Of a stretch of 37,077 nt of DNA, positions 29,739 to 37,077 are shown piece by piece (within the stretch, counting starts at the first letter, position 1; each line of letters begins with the position of its first letter). This stretch comes from Actinomycetes bacterium (GTDB lineage Bacteria > Actinomycetota > Actinomycetes > S36-B12 > GCA-2699445). Below the pieces are notes generated by a model. It searched no databases, was not told the origin of the DNA, and saw only the letters and a program-made list of their open reading frames with translations. Where the stretch lies: positions 1 through 37,077 of the forward strand of contig JAHZKU010000299.1 in NCBI GenBank assembly GCA_022600255.1, in the 5' to 3' direction. A program made the translations under genes and the position numbers.

Positions 29739-30785
29739 ATGGACCCCAAACCTCCCCTCCGTGTTGGCCTCGTCGGATTTGGTGTGGCAGGAGCCGCTTT
29801 TCACGCCCCCATCATCGCCGCCACGCCCGGGTTGGTGCTTACTGCCGCGGTCGCCACGAATCCGGTGGCCAAAGAGAAACTAGGCGAGCGGTACCCCGAC
29901 ACCCAGATCCTTGCCTCGGTGGACGATCTGGTTGCGCTCGATCCCGACATCGCGGTGGTTGCCACCCCCAACGAAACACACTTCTCCATTGCCCAACAAC
30001 TCCTCCAGGCGGGCATCGCCACGGTCGTGGACAAACCCCTAGCCACGAGCGTCTCAGAGGCGCAGGCGCTGATCGACACGGCGACCGGGTACGACACGCT
30101 GCTCACCTGCTATCTGAATCGGCGTTGGGATGGCGACTTTCGCACCGTTAGGGAACTGATCGATAGCGAAACCCTGGGTGACGTGTTCCGCTTTGAGTCT
30201 CGCTTCGAGCGTTGGCGGCCTACCATCAAGCCGGGCTGGAAAGAGCGTCCCACCGCAGGCAGTGGTGTTCTGTTCGACCTTGGGCCCCATCTGATCGACC
30301 AAGCGATCCAGTTGTTCGGGCCCCCCACCAAGGTCTACAGCGAGATTCGGACGATCCGGGCGAACGCTGAAGTCGACGACTCCGCTTTCTTGGCCCTGTC
30401 CCACGCCGGTGAGGTGACGTCTCATCTGGCGATGAGTGCGATCACCGCCGTTCCCGGGCCTCGCTTCCGGGTTCTAGGCAATGATGCGGGCTACCTGAAG
30501 TACGGGTTCGATCCGCAGGAAGCGGACCTGCGTGCCGGCGGGCGACCCGATGGGGTGGGGGCGTGGGGTGAGGAGCCCAAGAGCAAGTGGGGGGAGTTGT
30601 GCCAGGGCGAAGAGCGCAGCCCGGTAGCGACACTTCCCGGCTGCTACCCGACCTTCTACACCGAACTCGCCAAGGCCGTCAGAACGGGGGGTGAGCCCCC
30701 GGTGGACCCGCAAGACTGTGTGATCGCGCTGAAGGTTATCGAGCAGGCTTTGGGTGAATCCCAGTACCGGTTCCCGACACTGTGA
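29739..30785 (+). CDS. Gfo/Idh/MocA oxidoreductase (YdgJ/IolW-like)
   Basis: GLVGFG..FHAP, VATPN..H, VDKP, NRRWDGDF, DLGPHLIDQA, DPQE. Confidence 0.9.
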   Translation: MDPKPPLRVGLVGFGVAGAAFHAPIIAATPGLVLTAAVATNPVAKEKLGERYPDTQILASVDDLVALDPDIAVVATPNETHFSIAQQLLQAGIATVVDKPLATSVSEAQALIDTATGYDTLLTCYLNRRWDGDFRTVRELIDSETLGDVFRFESRFERWRPTIKPGWKERPTAGSGVLFDLGPHLIDQAIQLFGPPTKVYSEIRTIRANAEVDDSAFLALSHAGEVTSHLAMSAITAVPGPRFRVLGNDAGYLKYGFDPQEADLRAGGRPDGVGAWGEEPKSKWGELCQGEERSPVATLPGCYPTFYTELAKAVRTGGEPPVDPQDCVIALKVIEQALGESQYRFPTL

Positions 30786-30912
30786 ATCTCTTCTAGCGAC
30801 TTGACCCTGTCCTGGGCGACGGGGTCGCGAACAGTGGGAATCTAAGCCTTGCTGTTGGTCGCCTTCTGGCGTTGCACCCCAAGTGACCCGGACTCATTGA
30901 GCAGTGGAGACG

Positions 30913-31686
30913 CTACCCCAATACGGCCGCAGTGCCAGATTCGATCGCGAGCACCACCAGATTGGTGAATGCGAAGCCCAACAGGACCAAGGAGCCCAAG
31001 CCCACCAGCGTGGCGGCGATCGAGGCCCCCGGACGCCGCTGGCCAGAGCGCTTTGCTGTTCGCTTCGCGCGGCCAGCCACAACAAACCCGGTAATAACAA
31101 CCGCGGCCGCGAGCAGTGCGATGGTTAATCCCGCCCCACCAAACGCCACATAAGACAAGTACAGCCCTGCACCGGACACACCCAACGCCAACCAACCCAG
31201 CAGGGATCGGCTGCGGCGGGTTCCGGGGCTACGCCCGGCACCTGCCTGGACTGATCCCGTGGCGTTAGGAGTTCCGGTCGGCGGTGCCAACGCGTTTGGG
31301 TTTGGGGCCGGTGCAGTCGGGTCGTAGGTGTAACCAGCCGGCGGGGGTGGCGGGCTTGCAGCTGCGCCGGGCTCGGGCGCCATCGGCCGGCCACAATGCA
31401 CGCAGGCCGGAGCAGACCGGCTCACCTGCCCGCCACAATCGGGGCAGGCGCGTAGCGCGGTCACCGGGTCGGGAGCCACTGCACCGCCCTGATTGGGCGT
31501 CGGCATCGCCACGGTGGCCTCCGTGTCTTCTGGAGGCCTTGGCGCGGCTGGGGTCTGCATCGTGCTGTCTCGCACGTCGTTGGTCCATTGTTGGCCATCC
31601 CAGCGCCGGGTCATCGCTTTCGGACTCAGAGGATCGGGATACCAGCCAGCTTTCAAGATGGTTTCCCGTTCATGTTGCATACTCAC
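30913..31686 (-). CDS. DUF2510 + zinc-ribbon + Pro-rich membrane protein
   Basis: AGWYPDP..RRWDGQQWT, CPDC..CVHC, three C-terminal TM segments. Confidence 0.8.
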   Translation of the reverse strand: MSMQHERETILKAGWYPDPLSPKAMTRRWDGQQWTNDVRDSTMQTPAAPRPPEDTEATVAMPTPNQGGAVAPDPVTALRACPDCGGQVSRSAPACVHCGRPMAPEPGAAASPPPPPAGYTYDPTAPAPNPNALAPPTGTPNATGSVQAGAGRSPGTRRSRSLLGWLALGVSGAGLYLSYVAFGGAGLTIALLAAAVVITGFVVAGRAKRTAKRSGQRRPGASIAATLVGLGSLVLLGFAFTNLVVLAIESGTAAVLG

Positions 31687-31917
31687 AGTCTGCTCCGTGG
31701 CGGCTGGCGCAAACCAAGCCGGTGGCTCCGTTATAACAATGCGCGGGAACCGTTAACAACCCGCAATCGAGTGGAAGTTGATGTTCGGCGACGGGCCGCG
31801 GGGCCAACCCTTACTGGTTGCGGGCAGGATCGCAGGGGCGTTCCGCCGCCGCGCCGTCACCAGCGGCAGCTCGGCCTGCTCCACCTCCGTGCTGCACGCC
31901 ACCAAGACCGGCCCAAC

Positions 31918-32997
31918 TCAAACGTTGAATCGGAACTCCACGACGTCGCCGTCCGCCATTGTGTAGTCCTTACCTTCGATGCGCAGCACACCCTTACTCC
32001 TCGCCGCGGCTAGCGATCCGGCTGCCACGAGTTCGTCGAATGAGATCACATCAGCCTTGATGAAACCTCGCTCGAAGTCCGTGTGAATCACGCCTGCGGC
32101 TTGTGGGGCCGTGGCGCCCCGCGGGATTGTCCAGGCCCGAGACTCCTTGGGGCCTGAGGTCAAGTACGTCTGCAGGCCCAGGGTGTCGAAACCGACCCGT
32201 GCCAGCGCACGGATGCCAGATTCCTCTTGTCCGATACTACTGAGCAACTCTGCGGCTTCCTCCTCGGAGATTTCCACCAGTTCGGACTCCACTTGGGCGT
32301 CCAAGAACACCGCTTCAGCGGGAGCCACAAGCTCGGTCATCGTACGGCGGAACTCTGGATCCCCCAACTGCTCCTCGTCGGCGTTGATCACATATAGAAA
32401 CGGCTTGGCAGTAAGCAGAAATAGTTCACGGATTGGGGTGGTGTCCATGTCGGAGGCAAACAGCGTTTGACCCGAATCCAGCACCGCTTGCGCCTCTTTG
32501 GCCGCCTCCAGCACCTCGACGCGCGTCTTGTCGCCGCGGGCTTCCTTCTCGAGGCGTGGAATCGCCTTCTCGAGCGTTTGTAGGTCGGCCAGGATCAGTT
32601 CAGTATTGATCGTCTCCATGTCCTCAGCAGGAGAAACCTTTCCATCCACATGCACGACGTCGGGATCGCTAAACGCGCGCAAGACCTGGCAAATCGCATC
32701 GGACTCGCGGATATGGGAGAGAAACTTGTTCCCAAGCCCTTGCCCTTCGCTAGCGCCACGAACGATTCCCGCGATGTCCACAAATGTGACCGTGGCCGGG
32801 ATTGTCTTTGCCGAGTTGCTGATATCTGCGAGTCTGTCGAGGCGGTCGTCCGGAACCGGCACCACGCCCGTATTGGGTTCGATGGTTGCGAAGGGGTAGT
32901 TCGCGGCCAGGGCTCCGTCTGAGTCGTGCGTCAACGCGTTGAACAGGGTGGATTTTCCGACGTTGGGCAGCCCAACGATTCCAATGCTTAGTGCCAC
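31918..32997 (-). CDS. ychF: Ribosome-binding ATPase YchF
   Basis: GLPNVGKS, NYPFATIEPN, DIAG, IHTDFERGFI, TGS tail EFRFNV. Confidence 0.97.
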   Translation of the reverse strand: MALSIGIVGLPNVGKSTLFNALTHDSDGALAANYPFATIEPNTGVVPVPDDRLDRLADISNSAKTIPATVTFVDIAGIVRGASEGQGLGNKFLSHIRESDAICQVLRAFSDPDVVHVDGKVSPAEDMETINTELILADLQTLEKAIPRLEKEARGDKTRVEVLEAAKEAQAVLDSGQTLFASDMDTTPIRELFLLTAKPFLYVINADEEQLGDPEFRRTMTELVAPAEAVFLDAQVESELVEISEEEAAELLSSIGQEESGIRALARVGFDTLGLQTYLTSGPKESRAWTIPRGATAPQAAGVIHTDFERGFIKADVISFDELVAAGSLAAARSKGVLRIEGKDYTMADGDVVEFRFNV

Positions 32998-33244
32998 GGA
33001 ACTCAGTGTAGGTGCGACCTAGCCCTTGGAATGAATCGAACGCCGCACAGGAGGATCGAAGGTCAGCCAGCGCTAGCGGAATCGCCATGGAGGCCCGGTG
33101 GAACGGCGTGCCACACGCCGAGTTGCATGCGCAAGGTAAGCCGGTTAGCGCGAGGGGTCCGGACGACATTCGACCATTGGCCAGAAGGGGTGCGGCAGCC
33201 CGATCGGTCGGATGTCTGGCCGAAGGGCCGGTTCACCGCACCGG

Positions 33245-33266
33245 TGTCGGACCCAAGGCTCATACT
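33245..33266 (+). promoter_or_regulatory. Candidate PafBC-dependent (RecA-NDp) promoter upstream of rmuC
   Basis: TGTCGG-N10-CATACT versus consensus TGTCGG-N10-TANNNT. Confidence 0.5.
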
Positions 33267-33334
33267 CCAGATGAGGCGAGATCAGGCCGACTCCGTTCGA
33301 GCAGCACTGGTCGTCGGGCCGGTTCTGCTCGAGA

Positions 33335-33408
33335 AGTACCGATCTTCGAGCAGCACCGATCTTCGGCCAGTACCGATCTTCGGCCAGTACCGATCTTCGG
33401 CCAGTACT
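33335..33408. repeat. 17-bp tandem repeat AGTACCGATCTTCGGCC, about 4.3 copies
   Basis: Units start at 33335, 33352, 33369, 33386, partial at 33403; first two carry 2 and 1 mismatches. Confidence 0.95.
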
Positions 33409-33465
33409 GCCCTGGGGCCTTTACTGCTCGTCGGGACACATCCAACAGGTGAGGAGACAACGGGT

Positions 33466-34809
33466 ATGGAAGCAACAACGGGAACAGGGTCAACCCTGGG
33501 TTTGGTGCTGGCGATTCTCATCGCGCTGGCGGTTGGCCTCATCATCGGCGCCCTTTGGGTTCGTTCCGTGACGACGGCTCGGGGCAAAGCACAGGCTGCC
33601 CAGTTGGCTGCAGAGCGGGCCGAGTGGGCGACCGAGCTAGGCAAGGAGCAGCGTCGTACTGATCTGTTGACCGGGCAACTCAACAGTGAACGAGCCAGCC
33701 TTGGCCAGGCCCGCACGGAGTTGGAGCGGGAACGTCTGAACAGCAAACAAATCGATCAGACGATGGCCCCGTTGCAGGCCTTGGTGAATCGGCTCGGCGA
33801 ACAGCAGTCCAGCTCCGAACGGGCGCTACAACGGTCAAACGCGGAACTGAAGGATCAGGTGACAAGCCTGGGAAGCCAGCTCACACAAGCCACCCAAACC
33901 TTCGATGCTGCCAGTAAGGGGGTGGGGGCAGAGACGCGTCGCCTGACACAGGCACTTTCCCGGTCCGAGACGCGCGGGACCTGGGGAGAAATGCAGCTGC
34001 GCCGCTTGGTGGAAGCCGCGGGCATGATCAATCACGTCCACTTTGTGGAGCAGGACCACATCAAGACCGAATCCGGTACCCGTCGCCCGGACATGGTCGT
34101 GGACCTCGCCGGCGACCGCCGCATTGTGGTGGACTCCAAAGTGCCGCTGGACAGTTTTCTGCGCATGAACCCTGACACGTCCGAGGCCACCGAACCTCAT
34201 CAGCGAGCGGCTCACGCCGATGCGGTGGCCGGCCATGTGAAGGAACTCTCGAAGAAGTCGTACTGGAAACAGTACGACTCCCCCGATTTTGTCGTGCTCT
34301 TCTTGCCTGCGGAGAGTCTGCTCAGTACGGCTCTGACAGCGCGGCCCGACTTGCTGCAAACAGCCTTTGACGCGAACATCATTTTGGCCACCCCAACGAC
34401 GCTCCTGGCACTGCTACGCACCGTGGCTTACGCCTGGCAGCAACTCGAGGTTGCCCGGCAAGCCAAAGAAATCCAGGAACTTGGCAAGACGTTGCATGAT
34501 CGGCTCCGCGTGATGGCGCAGCACTTCCAGAAGTTGGGGGTGTCCCTCACCGGATCCGTAACTGCCTACAACCAGACCGTGAGCTCGATGGAGTCTCGGG
34601 TATTGCCGACAACACGGAAGTTCGCAGACCTAGCGGCAACGCCGGATCCGCTTAGTGACCTGTCCACACTCACAACCAACCCACAGGCACTCGCGGAACA
34701 ACGGTGGGAGGTGGAACTCACAACCGTCGCTGATCCGATCCCTGATGCAGAGGTGGCCGATGTCACCGCTCCCGAACCCGCAACCGCGGAGGAACGCCGA
34801 ACCGCTTAG
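33466..34809 (+). CDS. rmuC: DNA recombination protein RmuC
   Basis: N-terminal TM, coiled coil, RGTWGE, RPD, VDSKVP, LFLPAE, TPTTLLALL; GAGGAG RBS. Confidence 0.92.
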   Translation: MEATTGTGSTLGLVLAILIALAVGLIIGALWVRSVTTARGKAQAAQLAAERAEWATELGKEQRRTDLLTGQLNSERASLGQARTELERERLNSKQIDQTMAPLQALVNRLGEQQSSSERALQRSNAELKDQVTSLGSQLTQATQTFDAASKGVGAETRRLTQALSRSETRGTWGEMQLRRLVEAAGMINHVHFVEQDHIKTESGTRRPDMVVDLAGDRRIVVDSKVPLDSFLRMNPDTSEATEPHQRAAHADAVAGHVKELSKKSYWKQYDSPDFVVLFLPAESLLSTALTARPDLLQTAFDANIILATPTTLLALLRTVAYAWQQLEVARQAKEIQELGKTLHDRLRVMAQHFQKLGVSLTGSVTAYNQTVSSMESRVLPTTRKFADLAATPDPLSDLSTLTTNPQALAEQRWEVELTTVADPIPDAEVADVTAPEPATAEERRTA

Positions 34810-34927
34810 CGAGGATCGCTGTGGCGTTGGCCGGGCTAGGGCCGCTCGCCTTGCCGTATTCGGCCACTCCCAAGACATGCCGACCCCGCTGCCCAATTCC
34901 GGTGCAGCGGGAACATATCTTTGAGAC

Positions 34928-35479
34928 GTGGCATTCAGCTCCCCGGCCCACCCACGGCCATCAACCCCGCCCGGACCGGATTCGACGGCGCCGGAACTTG
35001 TGGTGTCGCAATCACCCCAGTCCGAGCTCGACCCGAGCCCGATGCCGCAGTCGGCCAGGCCGGAAGAGCGCTTCCAGCCGATCATCAACCTGAATGGTCG
35101 GGGTGTTTTGCTTTTCGTCCTTTTCGCCACCATGGTCAGCGGCGCGATTGGTCTCGTCGTCAGCGGCGCAACGGTGTTTCCACCGCTCGCCGGCTGGGGC
35201 ATGTTGCTCTCGACGGTGCTCGGTGCAGCAGTTGTGCGCAGGCCAGACCGCTTGGTTGCGTTGTGGTGCGGCCCAGTGGTCCTGGCAATCACGGTTGCTG
35301 TGCTGGGTCAGATCACCTTGCTCGGGGCGACACCCACTCTGGTGCGGGAGTTTTCCATGTTTTGGGCCGCGATGTCGTCCGCTGCTCCCCTGCAGCTCCT
35401 CGCCGTTGCCTTGGCTGCGCTGGTCACCCGGTGGCGCTTCAGCGGTAGCACACCCGACCGGAAATCTGCGACGAACTAG
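34928..35479 (+). CDS. Four-TM membrane protein (DUF6542-like)
   Basis: Pro-rich N-terminus, four hydrophobic helices; TATCTT 6 nt before GTG. Confidence 0.7.
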   Translation: MAFSSPAHPRPSTPPGPDSTAPELVVSQSPQSELDPSPMPQSARPEERFQPIINLNGRGVLLFVLFATMVSGAIGLVVSGATVFPPLAGWGMLLSTVLGAAVVRRPDRLVALWCGPVVLAITVAVLGQITLLGATPTLVREFSMFWAAMSSAAPLQLLAVALAALVTRWRFSGSTPDRKSATN

Positions 35480-36474
35480 GCACGAGCCGCTTTCGCGCGA
35501 TTTCGGGTTCGCAACTCCTTCGGCAATGAAAAGACCAGCGTCTCTTCCATCGCTGCGACCTCTTCGATATCGGCATAACCTCGCTCGGCAAGCCAGTCCA
35601 GCACGCGGGTCACCAGCAACTCCGGGACTGAAGCGCCGCTGGTGACACCGACTGTGGTGACGCCGTCCAAGATGTTCTTAGGCAATTCCTTTGGATCATC
35701 CACACGGATCGATGATCGAGCTCCCGCCTGGAGCGCGACTTCAACCAGACGAACACTGTTGGACGAATTAGCGGAGCCAACAACGATCAGCAGGTCACAA
35801 CGCTCCGCCAGAATCTTTACGGCCGTCTGCCGGTTCTGCGTTGCATAGCAGATGTCATCACTGGGCGGGTCCACCAAATGCGGGAACCGGGAGCGCAGGA
35901 TCTCTACGGTCTCCATGGTTTCGTCAACTGAAAGGGTGGTCTGGGACAGCCAAGCCAGTTTCTCGCCGGGGATATCGATCTCCCGGGCGTGAGCTGGACC
36001 GTCCACAATCGTGATGTGGTCAGGCGCCTCTCCGGCGGTACCAACAACCTCTTCGTGGCCTTCGTGACCGATCAGGAGGATCTGATAACCCTCCTTGGCG
36101 TACCGCTTAGCTTCATTGTGCACCTTGGTCACTAGTGGGCAGGTCGCGTCGATCGCCTGCAGGTTGCGCTCCGCGGCCTCCTCGTGGACCGTAGGAGCCA
36201 CGCCGTGGGCTGAGAATACGACAGTCTCCCCACGTGGCACCTCGTCAGCTTCCTCAACGAAGATGGCGCCTCGACCCTGCAGATCCTCCACAACATGGCG
36301 GTTGTGCACAATCTCTCGGCGGACGTACACGGGTTGGCCCCGCACCTCAATGGCTTTTTCCACCGCTTCGATTGCCCGCTCGACGCCTGCGCAATACCCG
36401 CGGGGCGCGGCCAACAGCACCTTCCGACCAGAGTTCTTTGCCTCAGCGAGCGACGGACCGGATTCAGCAGACAT
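35476..36474 (-). CDS. ispH: 4-hydroxy-3-methylbut-2-enyl diphosphate reductase
   Basis: [33 protein letters not shown]. Confidence 0.97.
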   Translation of the reverse strand: MSAESGPSLAEAKNSGRKVLLAAPRGYCAGVERAIEAVEKAIEVRGQPVYVRREIVHNRHVVEDLQGRGAIFVEEADEVPRGETVVFSAHGVAPTVHEEAAERNLQAIDATCPLVTKVHNEAKRYAKEGYQILLIGHEGHEEVVGTAGEAPDHITIVDGPAHAREIDIPGEKLAWLSQTTLSVDETMETVEILRSRFPHLVDPPSDDICYATQNRQTAVKILAERCDLLIVVGSANSSNSVRLVEVALQAGARSSIRVDDPKELPKNILDGVTTVGVTSGASVPELLVTRVLDWLAERGYADIEEVAAMEETLVFSLPKELRTRNRAKAARA

Positions 36475-36683
36475 GATCTCATCGTAGGCGCTGCGACCAC
36501 TCTGCGAAACTCTCGTTCACTGCCACCGAAATCCCCGCTGGCACCCAACTCCGCCGACTGGCACGATACGGTGCCACTACGTGCAACTTCGCGTTGACAC
36601 TGAACTCGTTTCAGCAGATTGAGATTCAGTTGGCGTATGCGCTTTGGCGAATAGACAGAAGGACCGGTTTTGGGGGTGGTCGC

Positions 36684-37077
36684 GTGGTCGCGAAGAGCTC
36701 ACCAGAGCAGCCGATGCCGGTCCGGACCGCCTCGCGACTGCTGGGGGATTGGATTCGGCGCACGGGTGCGATCTGGGTGGAGGGGCAAATCTCGCAGTTG
36801 CGCCGCCGCGGCAGCACCGCTTGGATCACGCTGCGCGACACGGACGCCGACATGTCGATTCCGCTCGTAACGGCCACGGGCAAACTTATGGGCGAGCACG
36901 GCGTGGTCAATGAAGGTGACCGAGTGATCCTGCAGGCCAAGCCGGACTACTTCGCGAAGCAGGGAACGCTCAACTGGCGGGTCTCGGAAATCCGCCCGGT
37001 CGGCATCGGGGCCCTGCTGGCTCAGATCGAGCAACTGAAGCAAACGCTGGCGGCCGAGGGATTGTTTGACGCAGACC
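36684..37077 (+). CDS. xseA: Exodeoxyribonuclease VII large subunit, 3'-partial
   Basis: Read by hand (absent from ORF track): SSPEQPMPVR..WVEGQI..TLRD..GIGALLAQIEQLKQTLAAEGLFD; divergent from ispH. Confidence 0.9.
   Translation, partial: MVAKSSPEQPMPVRTASRLLGDWIRRTGAIWVEGQISQLRRRGSTAWITLRDTDADMSIPLVTATGKLMGEHGVVNEGDRVILQAKPDYFAKQGTLNWRVSEIRPVGIGALLAQIEQLKQTLAAEGLFDAD

Noticed and set aside
31687-31917. Intergenic stems and CCGTTA direct repeats downstream of ychF
   Set aside because: Short and imperfect; cannot be distinguished from chance in GC-rich DNA
33035-33300. LexA box half-sites (TCGAAC, GTTCGA) upstream of rmuC
   Set aside because: Halves are about 250 bp apart, not 4 nt
33335-33408. 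CRISPR array interpretation of the 17-bp repeat
   Set aside because: Units are contiguous with no unique spacers, too short, and no cas genes are present
33031-33465. 145-aa N-terminal extension of RmuC in the ORF track
   Set aside because: Not protein-like and runs through the repeat; a good RBS and TM anchor begin at 33466. Kept only as a hypothesis
36601-36613. TGAACTCGTTTCA resembling a BioQ operator
   Set aside because: Mismatched and about 7 kb from the bio operon, between ispH and xseA

Overview
High-GC actinobacterial chromosomal window, mostly core genes; lineage is inferred from mshB, actinobacterial-type dapD/dapE, fdxA-dapC and many leaderless starts. In order: partial LOG-family gene; dapE and dapD, divergent with starts 18 bp apart; a minus-strand run fdxA-pheA-like-tyrA-dapC-gltA-hemerythrin-hypothetical; a secreted clan GH-A glycosidase; a GNAT; flavin reductase, membrane protein and mshB; an S9 peptidase; a Ca2+/H+ antiporter; a His-less hemerythrin-like protein; a CREST-like membrane hydrolase; an Opp/Dpp ABC operon; a PNPOx-like protein; a bioA-bioF-bioD-bioB operon; a Gfo/Idh/MocA oxidoreductase; a DUF2510/zinc-ribbon membrane protein; ychF; rmuC; a membrane protein; ispH; partial xseA. 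No rRNA, tRNA, CRISPR array or transposase was recognised. Most notable: (1) a degenerate prephenate dehydratase plus intact TyrA inserted into fdxA-dapC, a possible arogenate-route operon; (2) a PafBC-type promoter and a 17-bp tandem/inverted repeat leader upstream of rmuC; (3) a symmetric bidirectional leaderless promoter for dapD/dapE; (4) one intact and one ligand-less hemerythrin. Product calls come from motif recognition, not database searches.
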